NCBI GenBank assembly: GCA_964500995.1
Contig: CAZCRC010000001.1
Span: 1-54,821, forward strand
Reading direction: 5' to 3'
DNA: 54,821 nucleotides
DNA from: an uncultured Actinomycetes bacterium
GTDB taxonomy: Bacteria > Actinomycetota > Actinomycetes > S36-B12 > GCA-2699445
Part shown: positions 16,979 to 26,800 of the stretch, piece by piece
How the letters are laid out: each line of letters begins with the position of its first letter
Numbering within the stretch: the first letter of the stretch is position 1
Made by a program: the position numbers and the translations under genes
The notes under the pieces: generated by a model
The model's input: the letters and a program-made list of their open reading frames with translations, nothing else
The model's database searches: none
What the model was told of the DNA's origin: nothing

Positions 16979-17060
16979 GCGTATCTGCTCATGATCATGG
17001 ATGGGAATCTTCGGTGACGCTGCTGATCGCGTATCCGACCATGATCATGAGCAAATACGC
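16979..17060. repeat. 22-bp inverted repeat (one mismatch) built around two copies of the palindrome CATGATCATG; candidate operator pair or hairpin
   Basis: gcgtatctgctcatgatcatgg (16979-17000) versus ccatgatcatgagcaaatacgc (17039-17060), whose reverse complement is gcgtatttgctcatgatcatgg. The 38-nt spacer repeats gcgtatc directly (17028-17034). Lies between the secreted-protein gene and the rsgA fragment. Confidence 0.5.
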
Positions 17061-17120
17061 ACGCTCCGGCGTGCCGGCCGCGAGCGCACTACCGCGAAGT
17101 CGGGATAGCGCGACAGCACA

Positions 17121-17486
17121 ATGGGCGAATTTGCTGACTACGGGTTCTCGCCGTGGTGGCAGGCACTGGTGGCGGAGCACGGCCCAGACGCCCGACCCGC
17201 GCGGGTGATTCGCCACGACCCTGTCGCAGTCCAGGCGGTCACTGACTCAGGACCGCGCACCCTGCCATTGCGGCGGGGCCTGCCACCCGTGACCGTCGGC
17301 GACTGGTTGGCCTACGACGGCGAGCGGGTGATCGCGCCGCTGTACCGCTCTCCCCTTCTGCGACGGGTGGCCAGCGTTGAGGAGCAGCTGCTCGCCGCGA
17401 ATGTGAATGTCGTATTGCTGGTGATGGGCCTCGATCGCCTGGTGAAGGAAGGACGGATCCGGCGTGGCGAGGCCCTCAGGCCCTAG
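17121..17486 (+). pseudogene. rsgA: N-terminal fragment of ribosome small-subunit-dependent GTPase RsgA
   Basis: YGFSPWWQALV...PARVIRHDPVAVQAVTDSGPRTLPL...VTVGDWLAYDG...RSPLLRRVASVEEQLLAANVNVVLLVMGLD matches the RsgA OB-fold and the first GTPase strand. The ORF stops after 121 aa, where full-length RsgA is about 330 aa. No GTPase G1/G3 or zinc-finger part follows in any frame. Confidence 0.55.
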
Positions 17487-17495
17487 CCTGCCGTT

Positions 17496-19043
17496 ATGAC
17501 GCCACCGGACGCCGACGACGGGTTGCGCGGACTCGTCCGCCGGGCGGCCGGTGGGGCACGCGACGTGGCCGGAGGTGCCTTCGAGGCCACGGTGGGACGT
17601 GCAGGGCACACCGCCGGTGAGTTGGCGCTGGAGGCGACCAACTCCACCGCGCAGCAGGTCATCGAGGACCTCGAGCCTTACCTGATCGACGAGGCCATCC
17701 CACGCATCGTCGCCGGCATCACCCCCTACCTGACCGAGGAGGTCGTCCCAGAGATCCTCGCCGGGATCACCGATCAACTCACGACCGTCACTATCCCCGA
17801 GATGGTGGACGGCGTCACCGGTCATCTCGTGCAGGTGACCGTGCCCGAGGTCGTCGGCGGAGTAACACCGCGCCTGGTCGACGACCTGTTGCCACGACTT
17901 CTGACCGATCTACAGCCGTACCTCGAGCAGCAACTCGTACCGCAGATCGTCGACGGCCTGGTCCCCTACCTGGAGCAGACCATCGCACCCGCCCTGATCG
18001 ACTCGTTGATGCCGAAACTCGGCGAGGAGGTGGCTCCTCAACTGGTCACCACACTGATGCCGATGATCACCGCAGAAGTGGCGCCACAACTGGTGGACGC
18101 CCTCATGCCCAAGATTCGCGACCAGGTGGCTCCGGATCTTCTGGATGCGCTCATGCCCCGCATCGAGACCGACGTCGCGCCCCAGCTCGTCGACGCGCTG
18201 ATGCCCAAGATCCGGCGTGAGGTGGTTCCCCAGATCTTGGACGACATCGTGGACGACCCGCGGATCCGAGATCTGATCCGCGAGCAGAGTCAAGGCCTGT
18301 TCCTGGACACCCTCGAGGGATTCCGCGGAACGCTTGCCGATGTGGACGACACCGTCGACAGTGTGGGACGACGGGTTCTGCGGCGGCCCAAGCGTCCGCG
18401 GTCGGACACCGCACTGGAGATCGTGCTGGCGGACGTGTCACCTGACGACACCAAACCCCTTCGGCTGGCTGTCGATGATCTGGCCAAGCAACGATCCATC
18501 TGGCGGGCGCTGCCTGCCCCGCCCGCCCCTCCTGGCCGAGACTTCACCTACGCCGGCGCGGCGTCGCGATTGTTGGGGTTGGGCATTGACCTCTTGGTCG
18601 TGGGATATCTGGCCACCGTCCTCTTCTCGACGCTGGGTGGCTTGATCGACTCACTGTTCGACGGGAATCCGCCGTCCTGGCTCACCTACACCCTGGTGGC
18701 AATGGCGGCCGGAGCGATTCCCACCTACCTCGCGCTCTGCTACTGGATCCTCGGGCGTTCGCTGGGGATGGGCATCGTCGGCGTCCGCGTGTGCACGCCG
18801 GACGGGCGTCGACCGGGCCTCATCCGTTCGATCGTGCGCGCCTGGGCCCTGGTGTTCGGACTGGCGTTCTGGCTGATCACCGGATTCACCTCCCTGATCG
18901 ACTCCAAGCGGCGCAGTCTGTTGGACCTGCTGACCCATACCGAAGTGCGCTACTCGGTACCGGAGACGCAACAAAGTCGCCACGTCCGCGATGCGGTGGA
19001 GGAACAGCGCAAGGTTGCTACTGCTGATCAGACGGCCGCCTGA
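17496..19043 (+). CDS. RDD-family membrane protein with a long N-terminal 16-residue tandem-repeat region
   Basis: C-terminal RDD pattern (YAGAASRLLGLGIDLLVVGY..., RSLGMGIVGVRVCTPDGRRPGLIRSIVRAWA) with three TM segments. The N-terminal half is repetitive. Confidence 0.75.
   Translation: MTPPDADDGLRGLVRRAAGGARDVAGGAFEATVGRAGHTAGELALEATNSTAQQVIEDLEPYLIDEAIPRIVAGITPYLTEEVVPEILAGITDQLTTVTIPEMVDGVTGHLVQVTVPEVVGGVTPRLVDDLLPRLLTDLQPYLEQQLVPQIVDGLVPYLEQTIAPALIDSLMPKLGEEVAPQLVTTLMPMITAEVAPQLVDALMPKIRDQVAPDLLDALMPRIETDVAPQLVDALMPKIRREVVPQILDDIVDDPRIRDLIREQSQGLFLDTLEGFRGTLADVDDTVDSVGRRVLRRPKRPRSDTALEIVLADVSPDDTKPLRLAVDDLAKQRSIWRALPAPPAPPGRDFTYAGAASRLLGLGIDLLVVGYLATVLFSTLGGLIDSLFDGNPPSWLTYTLVAMAAGAIPTYLALCYWILGRSLGMGIVGVRVCTPDGRRPGLIRSIVRAWALVFGLAFWLITGFTSLIDSKRRSLLDLLTHTEVRYSVPETQQSRHVRDAVEEQRKVATADQTAA
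17643..18266 (+). repeat. About 12-13 tandem 48-bp (16-codon) repeats
   Basis: Units such as EVVPEILAGITDQLTT, VTIPEMVDGVTGHLVQ, QLVPQIVDGLVPYLEQ, EVAPQLVDALMPKIRD, QVAPDLLDALMPRIET and DVAPQLVDALMPKIRR. Pro is invariant at position 4, with a second Pro or small residue at position 12. Confidence 0.8.
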
Positions 19044-19163
19044 GTTGGGACCCGACCCCTTCGAGTTCTTGTGGCAGTACCGCGAGCGTCAGTGCATGCG
19101 AGGCAAGTTCCCGACTGGAGTCAGGTAGTTGCCCGCCGTGCATGACGTTCCCTGACGTGCCGG

Positions 19164-20078
19164 CTAGGCCGACCTACGAAGGAATCCATCGAACCGCGTC
19201 GCCAACCCATCTCGGCTCGGCTGGTCGGCTGATCGGTGGGGCAACTGCATCAGCCCCTTTCCGTGGAACTCTTGCAGGCCATAGCGGAGCATCGGCCCGT
19301 CGACCTCGTGGAGCACCTTCTCGGCGATGTGAACGCGGAAGTCCGCATCTATGCCAAGTACATCCTTGTCGTACGCGGAGTGATGAATCTTGCAGAGGGC
19401 CAGCCCATTGCTGACAGTCGCCCGGCCTCCAACATTCGCATCGGGCACGATGTGGGCCGCATCTAGTAGCTCCAAATGCTTGAGCGCACAGATGGCGCAG
19501 CGACCGGTGTAGGCCTCAAGGACCTTCGCGCGGAAGAGAGGTTGGTGGAGCCTCTGTCTGACCATCCGCCGCGCATACCGGCGCTCGATCTCGCTGGCGG
19601 GATCCATGGATCGGGCAACTTGCCCGAAGGCGATCAAATACTGCCCGTACTCGCCTCGCTCTGGGTGCTCGTCGACCAAGTAGGCCGGCGACGAAGGGAC
19701 GTAGACATTCGGCCGCAGCTTCTGGAGCACGATGATGGGAAGCCGTCGCTTGTAAGCGGCATGCAACTTGCGGTTGTCACCCTGCTGCCAACCAGCCGTG
19801 CTGATCGAGTAACTGAGAAAGCCGTCAGCGACGTGATCGTCGTAAGGACCGTGAGGGTTGTGGATTACCGTCAGCGTCGCCAGCAACTCCGCCGGGTTTC
19901 GGATCCCCCTGCTGTGGTCGACCAGCTTGATCTGGCGCCCGTCGAAGGTGAAGTGCTCCAACTGATCACGAGTGACGGTCCCACCGGATTGCTCGGCGAG
20001 CATTTCTAGGTAGTCCATGGCTGCGTCGCGAACCGCCAGGTCGTAACCCGCTGGGTCCACACCTCTGAGGTCGTCCAT
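19164..20078 (-). CDS. HNH nuclease (HNH_2 type) with an SRA/PUA-like N-terminal domain; candidate modification-dependent (Type IV) restriction enzyme
   Basis: C-terminal motif YTGRCAICALKHLELLDAAHIVP...NGLALCKIHHSAYD. N-terminal SRGIRNP...GPYDD...LSYSISTAG...DNRKLHAAYKRRLPIIVLQKL resembles base-flipping SRA-like readers. Start set at ATG 20078, because codons 20079-20171 are rich in A/T endings. The whole gene uses more A/T-ending codons than its neighbours. Confidence 0.7.
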   Translation of the reverse strand: MDDLRGVDPAGYDLAVRDAAMDYLEMLAEQSGGTVTRDQLEHFTFDGRQIKLVDHSRGIRNPAELLATLTVIHNPHGPYDDHVADGFLSYSISTAGWQQGDNRKLHAAYKRRLPIIVLQKLRPNVYVPSSPAYLVDEHPERGEYGQYLIAFGQVARSMDPASEIERRYARRMVRQRLHQPLFRAKVLEAYTGRCAICALKHLELLDAAHIVPDANVGGRATVSNGLALCKIHHSAYDKDVLGIDADFRVHIAEKVLHEVDGPMLRYGLQEFHGKGLMQLPHRSADQPSRDGLATRFDGFLRRSA

Positions 20079-20265
20079 GCGCGCAGCTTGCCATAGGTGG
20101 GGGCCAGTCGCCCGAGACAGAGGCCGCCACCCTTGCCCTCGTGCAGATGCGTGCGGATCAGGGATTGGCACAGCGGAGAACTCGAGTCCTTGGCTCGGGA
20201 ATGGGTGGGGACCTTCATAGCGGAACCGGCACGGACCTTGTCGTCCTCAAGACCCAGGCTTCGCC

Positions 20266-20727
20266 CTACTCGGCCTCCGGGAAGACATGCAGGAAGGCCA
20301 GGGTGCTCTCGTCGCGGTCACCGGCGAAGAACGCGTCCAGACCCTCCGCGAAGATGCCACCGGAGTCGACGGCATCGAACAGGGTCAGGGACGAGCGCAG
20401 CTTGCGACTGTCCGTATGGCCGAAGATCGCGACCGGATCGCTGCCGCCGCTCTTCAAGATCAGACTGGTGCACTCGCGCAGCCGCGGGCCCAGGATCGGA
20501 TGGGCAAGGTAGGCCGCGGCCTCGTCGCGTGACATGATCGCGAAATGGTGCGACGTCGGGGTGTGACCCAGGTCGACTTGAGGGAACACGAACCACATCC
20601 AGTGGCCACGCTTGCGACCCGCCGCCAACTCAGCGGTGATCGACCGCCAATCGATGCCTCGGTGATGCGGGTCGCGGCCATCCTGGGCGGTGACGAACCT
20701 GGCAAGCGCGAAGGGATCGTCGGTCAT
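20266..20727 (-). CDS. DUF1810 family protein
   Basis: GAGGAG lies before ATG 20727. DPFALARFVTAQ..., GRKRGHWMWFVFPQV, AAAYLAHPILGPRL and DSRKLRSSLTLF are the DUF1810 signature blocks. Confidence 0.8.
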   Translation of the reverse strand: MTDDPFALARFVTAQDGRDPHHRGIDWRSITAELAAGRKRGHWMWFVFPQVDLGHTPTSHHFAIMSRDEAAAYLAHPILGPRLRECTSLILKSGGSDPVAIFGHTDSRKLRSSLTLFDAVDSGGIFAEGLDAFFAGDRDESTLAFLHVFPEAE

Positions 20728-21106
20728 GGTCGCTCCTCGTAGGTCACGCTCATCATCGTGGTCCGTCGCGTGCTGGGAGGCTACTTGCCTGTGCGGGCAG
20801 TCGGACGTGATGGTTGTGCAGCCGATGCCTCCTGCGTAGTCGAGGTCGTCGGGTTTGGGCCTCTTGAGGGCCACTGACGCTGTCAGCCCAAAGCGACTGG
20901 AAGCTGTTCGACAAGGACCGGTCGATCATCGACTCCGACGGTGCCGCCACGACCGCTGTGCAGGCACCAGCAGGCGCCTACCTGGCATTCTTCGGATCGG
21001 CCGGAAGCACCGATACTGCCACGGTCGACTGACACCACCCGTCGATCCGTCAGTCGTTGCTGCCACCACCTACCCTGGGCGGGTGCCTGAACTCACCTCG
21101 ACCCGC

Positions 21107-21706
21107 ATGCCCGAACGGATGTCCACATCTCGCGCCGATCTGGACGCCCTGCTCGATTCCCAGTTCCTGGCCCATGTGGGTCTCGCACCCGATGGTGATC
21201 CCGTGGTGTTCCCGACCCTGATCGCCCGCGACGGCGACCACGTGCTGATCCACGGCTCCACCGGATCGCGGTGGATGCGGGCGCTGGCCGGCGGCACCCC
21301 CGCCTGTGTTGCTGTCACGGACGTCGGCGGGATCGTCGTGGCCCGATCTGCGTTCGAGTCGTCGATCGTCTACCGCAGCGCGATGCTGTTCGGCACCTTC
21401 ACGACCTCGCCGGATCCGGCAGCGGCCCAGGCTGTCCTGACCAATCGGATCCTGCCCGGTCGCACCGGCGAAGTCCGCCCGTCCACGGCCAAGGAACTGG
21501 CCGCGACCATGACGCTGCAGCTGCCGATCGACCAGTGGTCGCTGCGCGCCAGCGACAGCTGGCCCGAAGACCCCGATTCGGATGTTGCGGGCGACACGTG
21601 GGCCGGGATCATCCGGTTCGGTCATCCCACCGTGTCCGTTGCGCCCGCGCCGGACCTGCGGCCCGGTATCGACGTGCCCGAATCCGTGCTCTCGTGGGAA
21701 GCGTGA
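21107..21706 (+). CDS. Pyridoxamine 5'-phosphate oxidase-family (FMN-binding split barrel) protein
   Basis: LDALLDSQFLAHVGLAPDGDPVVFPTLIARDGDHVLIHGSTGSRWMR...VARSAFESSIVYRSAMLFG...PGRTGEVRPSTAKELAATM...WPEDPDSD. The start could also be GTG 21083. Confidence 0.8.
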   Translation: MPERMSTSRADLDALLDSQFLAHVGLAPDGDPVVFPTLIARDGDHVLIHGSTGSRWMRALAGGTPACVAVTDVGGIVVARSAFESSIVYRSAMLFGTFTTSPDPAAAQAVLTNRILPGRTGEVRPSTAKELAATMTLQLPIDQWSLRASDSWPEDPDSDVAGDTWAGIIRFGHPTVSVAPAPDLRPGIDVPESVLSWEA

Positions 21707-21788
21707 TTCGCGGGCTGGCGAGCAGTCGAACGAAGTGTCGATTCTCACCGGCCGCGACGGCCGACGTACCGTAGGCCCGGGAGGAAGT

Positions 21789-23264
21789 GTGGATCACGAC
21801 GATCTGGAGTCGATGCGGCAGCAGCATCCGGCGTGGCGACTGCTGCGCGCCGACTCCGCGCCTTTCGTGGCCACCGTCCTGCATCGGATCTTCGTGGCTG
21901 ACAACGCCCGCACCGTCCCGGAGTCGGCACTGATCGAGGCCATCGACGACGAGCTGTTCCGGTTGCGACAGATCGATCCCCAGGCCTACCCCCGAGACGC
22001 GAGCGCTTACGTCGCCGACTGGGCCGACCCGTCGCGTGGCTGGTTGCGCAAGTTCTATCCGCGCGGATCCGACGTGCCCGCCTACGATCTGACTCCTGCC
22101 ACGGAGAAGGCCCTCGTCTGGTTGGACTCACTCACGCAACGTTCGTTCGTAGGTACGGAGTCACGCCTGCTCACCCTGTTCGGCCTACTTCGTCAGCTGG
22201 TCGAGGGGTCGCAGGACGATCCGGCTGTCCGATTGGAGCTGTTACACCGTCGTCGCGCCGAACTGGACGACGAGATCGCGCGCGTCGAACGCGGCGAGGT
22301 CCGGGTGCTGGACGACACCGCAGTCCGCGACCGGTTCCAGCAGTTCACGGCCACCGCGCGCGAGCTACTGTCCGACTTCCGCGAGGTGGAGGAGAACTTC
22401 CGCCGACTCGACCGCGGCGTGCGCGAACGGATCGCCACCTGGGAAGGTTCCCGCGGCGCCCTGCTCGACGGCGTGCTCGGCGATCACGATGCCATCGCGA
22501 GCTCTGATCAAGGCATCAGTTTCCAGGCGTTCTGGGACTTCCTGATGTCCGGAGACCGCCAGGACAGTTTCGCCGAACTCATGGATCAGGTCATGCACCT
22601 GCCCGCCCTGACTTCGCCCGATCCGACACTGCGGTTCGTCGTCCACGACTGGTTGAAGGCGGCGGACTCGGTCCAGGTCACGGTCGCGCATCTGTCGCAA
22701 CAACTGCGCCGCTTCCTGGACAACCGCTCGTACCTGGAGAACCGCCGCATCAGTGAGCTCCTGCGCTCCATCGAGTCCAGCGCGCTGGCAGCACGCGACC
22801 GTCAACCCGCGGGTTCATTCACCGAACTCGACGAGGCCAAGATCGACGTCTCGGTACCGATGTCCCGCCGCCTGTACGAGCCTGGCCGCGACATGGCCCT
22901 GGCCGCAACTGACATCGAGCTGGGTGACCAGGAGTTCCCCGCAACCCAGCTGTTCGACCAGTTCACTGTTGACCCTTCACGACTGCGCGGCGCGGTGGCC
23001 CAGTCGCTGAGCGGACGGACCCAGGTGAGCTTGGGTGAGGTTGTCGCTGAGCACCCGATCACGCACGGCTTGTCCGAGGTCGTGACCTACCTGGCCATCG
23101 CCGACGACGACACCGCCGCACTGTTCGACGCCGACCACCACCAGGAAGTCTCGTGGCACGACGAAGTCGGGTCGCTGCGGCGAGCCCAGCTACCGCTCGT
23201 GGTGTTCACCACCACGGACAACGCCCTCGTCGACCGCGCCGCTGACGAGGAGTCCCGTGTCTGA
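21789..23264 (+). CDS. jetA: Wadjet JetA (DUF3375; MksB/EptA-like kleisin-type subunit)
   Basis: GGGAGG at 21779-21784 lies before GTG 21789. Blocks HPAWRLLRADSAPFVATVLHRIF, WLRKFYPRGSDVPAYDLTPATEKALVWLDSL, FVGTESRL, LLSDFREVEENFRRLDRGVRERI and SSDQGISFQAFWDFLMS. Confidence 0.88.
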   Translation: MDHDDLESMRQQHPAWRLLRADSAPFVATVLHRIFVADNARTVPESALIEAIDDELFRLRQIDPQAYPRDASAYVADWADPSRGWLRKFYPRGSDVPAYDLTPATEKALVWLDSLTQRSFVGTESRLLTLFGLLRQLVEGSQDDPAVRLELLHRRRAELDDEIARVERGEVRVLDDTAVRDRFQQFTATARELLSDFREVEENFRRLDRGVRERIATWEGSRGALLDGVLGDHDAIASSDQGISFQAFWDFLMSGDRQDSFAELMDQVMHLPALTSPDPTLRFVVHDWLKAADSVQVTVAHLSQQLRRFLDNRSYLENRRISELLRSIESSALAARDRQPAGSFTELDEAKIDVSVPMSRRLYEPGRDMALAATDIELGDQEFPATQLFDQFTVDPSRLRGAVAQSLSGRTQVSLGEVVAEHPITHGLSEVVTYLAIADDDTAALFDADHHQEVSWHDEVGSLRRAQLPLVVFTTTDNALVDRAADEESRV

Positions 23265-23841
23265 ACCCGCCCTGGCCGATGCCTGCGTACCGCTGCTCAA
23301 GGGTGTCGTGTACGCCGATACCCACGCCCGTGCCTGGCAGGCCCTCCTGACCCTCGGCGCCCAGGTCACCGATCATCTCGCTCCACTCGGGTTGGACGTC
23401 ACGGTGGACGAGGCCGAGGGGTACGCGTACGTCATTCCCCTTGATCCGGCCGACGACGAACCCGACCGGCCCCGACTTGTGGCGCGCCGGCAACTGTCGT
23501 ATCGCGTCAGCCTGCTCCTGGCGCTCCTTCGACGACAGTTACTGGAACTGGATGCTCAGGGTGATGAGACGCGGCTGATTCTGACCCGCGAACAGGCAGT
23601 GGAACTCGTGCGGACCTACCACCCGGCGCGGAACAACGAGGCGCGGATGGCCGACGAGGTCGAAGCCGACCTGCGAAAGATCGCGGAACTGGGGTTCGCC
23701 CGAGCGCTTCGTGACCAGCCCCACACGTACGAGGTGCGACGAATCATCAAGGCCTTCATCGATGCGCAATGGTTGTCGGACTTCGACGTCCGCCTGACCG
23801 AATACACGCGGGACTTCGACCGGACCCAGGAGGCGACGTGA
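23257..23841 (+). CDS. jetB: Wadjet JetB (DUF4194; MksE/EptB-like)
   Basis: The GTG start overlaps the jetA end by 8 bp. LLKGVVYADTHARAWQALL...LGLDVTVDEAEGYAYV... and IIKAFIDAQWL are typical of DUF4194. Confidence 0.85.
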   Translation: MSEPALADACVPLLKGVVYADTHARAWQALLTLGAQVTDHLAPLGLDVTVDEAEGYAYVIPLDPADDEPDRPRLVARRQLSYRVSLLLALLRRQLLELDAQGDETRLILTREQAVELVRTYHPARNNEARMADEVEADLRKIAELGFARALRDQPHTYEVRRIIKAFIDAQWLSDFDVRLTEYTRDFDRTQEAT

Positions 23842-26800
23842 TCGACGGTCTTGAACTCGACCTGTTTGCCGACCGCCTGATCGGATTCCGTCTGCAGCGT
23901 TTCGAGGCGTACAACTGGGGCACGTTCGACAGTCACGTATGGTCGCTGGATCTGGACGGTCGAAACGGCCTGTTGACCGGAGACATCGGCTCTGGAAAGT
24001 CCACCCTGGTCGATGGGCTCACCACGCTTCTGGTGGCGCCGCAGCGGGTGTCCTACAACAAGGCCGCCGGAGCCGAACATCGAGAGCGCACGCTGGCGTC
24101 GTACGTGCTTGGGCACTACAAGTCCGAACGTGCTGAGGCGCGCACGTCGGCCAAACCCGTCGCCTTGCGCACGACAGCTCAGTACTCGGTGTTGCTGGCG
24201 GTGTTCCACAATCAGGCGTTGGGCCAGTCAGTCACGCTGGCACAGGTGTTCTGGTTCCGTGATCATTCCGGCCACCCCGCCAAGACGTTCGTCGTTGCCG
24301 ACCGTGAGCTGACAATCGCGGCGGACTTCGCCGACTTCGGAACCGACGTCACCCGGCTACGCAAACGATTACGCGACAGTGGTGCTTGCGTTCACGACTC
24401 CTACTCCACCTACGCCGCCGAGTTCCGGCGGCGATTCGGCATCGAGCACCCCCAGGCCCTGGAACTGTTTCACCAAACCGTCTCCATGAAGTCGGTGGGC
24501 AACCTGACCGATTTCGTTCGGGAACACATGCTGGAACCATCCGCAGTCAGTGAACGAATCGCGGGACTGATCGCCCACTTCGAGGACCTGACCCGCTCCC
24601 ACGACGCGGTACTGACCGCGAAGGAGCAGGTGGCTGCGCTCACGCCACTGGTCACCGACCTCGATGACTACGCCGCGCAATCGGCTAGCCGGGACCACCA
24701 ACGCCAGCTGCGCGATCTGCTGCGCAGCCACGTGGTGGCACTGAAGACGTCCCTCGTCGATCAACGATGCGAACGGTTGACCGAACAGATTCGCACCCAG
24801 AACCTGCGACGAAACACGGTCGCCGCCGATCACGCAGTCGCCCAGGCCAACGAACTCGACGTTCAGGCCGCAATCCGCGACAGCGGCGGCGATCGACTCG
24901 TCCAGCTGGAGCAGCAACTACTCGCCGCCGAAACCGAGCGCGACTCCCGTCGAGCGACCGCCGCTGACTATGAGCGCCTGTGCCTGCAACTCGACCTGGA
25001 ACCCGCCCGCAGCCCCGATGAACTGCACGCCCAACTCAGCGGAGTTGCCGATCTACTCGACGCCGCCGAAACCCGGCGCGCCACCATCAGCAATGATCTG
25101 AGCGAGATCGCGGTTGCCGAGCGGGACACGCGGCAACGACTCACGGAGGTCGAAGCCGAACTCAAGAGCCTGGCCGAACGCGATTCAAACATCGACCAAC
25201 ACATGATCGCGGTACGCCTCGCACTATCAAGCGCCCTGGACATCGGGGTGGACGACCTCCCCTTCGCTGGCGAACTCATCCGGGTCACCGATGAGCAGTG
25301 GGAACCGGCCGCGGAGCGCCTGCTGCACGGCTTCGGACTGTCCCTGCTTGTGCCCAACCGGCACTATCCCGACGTGGCCCGCTGGGTGGACACCACCAAT
25401 CTGCGCGGGCGCCTGGTGTACTTCCGCGTACGCGGCCGTGGGCCAGTACGCGGCGCACCCGACGACCGCTCCCTGGTGCACAAACTCGCCGTGCGACCCG
25501 ACACCGCGTTCACGCAATGGCTCGGCGCCGAGATCACCCGTCGGTTCGACCTGGTGTGCGCTCGCACACCCGAGGAGTTCCAGCAAGCGACTTCCGCGAT
25601 CACCCGAAACGGTCAGATCAAGGCCGGCGGCGAACGCCACGAGAAGGATGATCGCCACCACATCGGCGACCGGCGCAGATACGTGTTGGGGTGGGACAAC
25701 GCCGCCAAGCGGCGGGCGCTGGAGGGCGAGCGGGAATCGCTGCGTCGGCGCGTGAATCAGGTCGAAGAACGCATACGAGCACTTCGCACGGAGTCGGGAT
25801 CGTTGGTGACCCGCAGCCAACAGCTCGCGGTCCTGCAGGAACGTCGCGACTACGCCGCCCTCGACTGGCAGTCCGAGGCAGCAAGGGCGCAGCAGATCCA
25901 TGACGAACTGACGGCGTTGCGGGCCGCCAGCGACGTGCTGCGCGAACTGAACGAACAACTGGACGCCGCTCGAGCTCACCGCCAACACCTCGCCGCCGAA
26001 GTCGCGGATCTGGACCGACGCATCGGCGGTCTCGAGAGTCGTCACGAGGCCGATCGAACTCTCGGTGAGCAGTTGCGTGACGAGGCCACCGTCGTTGTCG
26101 ACTCCGACACCGGTGCCGAACTGTCCCAGTTGCTCCACCGGGAGTCCGGCGTCAAAGGGTTGACAGTCGAAACCTGCGACGCGATCGAACGCCGTGTGCG
26201 CGATTCGCTCCAGACCACGATCGACAAGGCGGACAAGCGCAGCGCCCGCACCGCCGAGCGCCTCGTGAAAGCGATGGGCGATTTCCGTAATCGGTGGCCA
26301 CTTGCCGCCCACGAGATGGATGCCGCCGTCGAGTCCGGTGACGAGTACCGAGCGCTGCTGACGCAGTTGCGCGCCGACGACCTGCCGCGCTTCGAGGCGA
26401 ACTTCAAGCGCCAACTCAACGTCAATGCGATCCGCGAGGTCGTCGGGTTCCGAGCTGCCCTCGAGACCGCGCAAGAGGAGATCCGCCGCCGGGTGGGAAT
26501 CATCAACGATTCGCTGCACGAGATCGACTATCAACCCCACACCTATGTCCGACTGGAGCCGACGCCCACCATCGATGCGGACGTGCGCGACTTCCGAGCG
26601 CAGTTGCGGGCCTGTACCGAGGACGCGGTGACCGGCTCCGGCGATGACCACTACAGCGAGGCCAAGTTCCTCCAGGTCAAGCAGATCGTCAGTCGCTTCA
26701 CCGGACGCGAGGGTCGCAGCGAGGAGGACAAGCGGTGGACGGCGAAAGTCACCGATGTCCGCAACTGGTTCACGTTCGCTGCCAGCGAGCGGCTGCGCAG

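Noticed and set aside
20868-21032. 54-codon open frame (…LTLSAQSDWKLFDKDRSIIDSDGAATTAVQAPAGAYLAFFGSAGSTDTATVD) in the 380-bp divergent spacer between the DUF1810 and PNPOx genes.
   Set aside because: It has no ATG, GTG or TTG near its 5' end and only moderate codon bias. It may be the 3' relic of a lost gene, but it cannot be supported as a feature.
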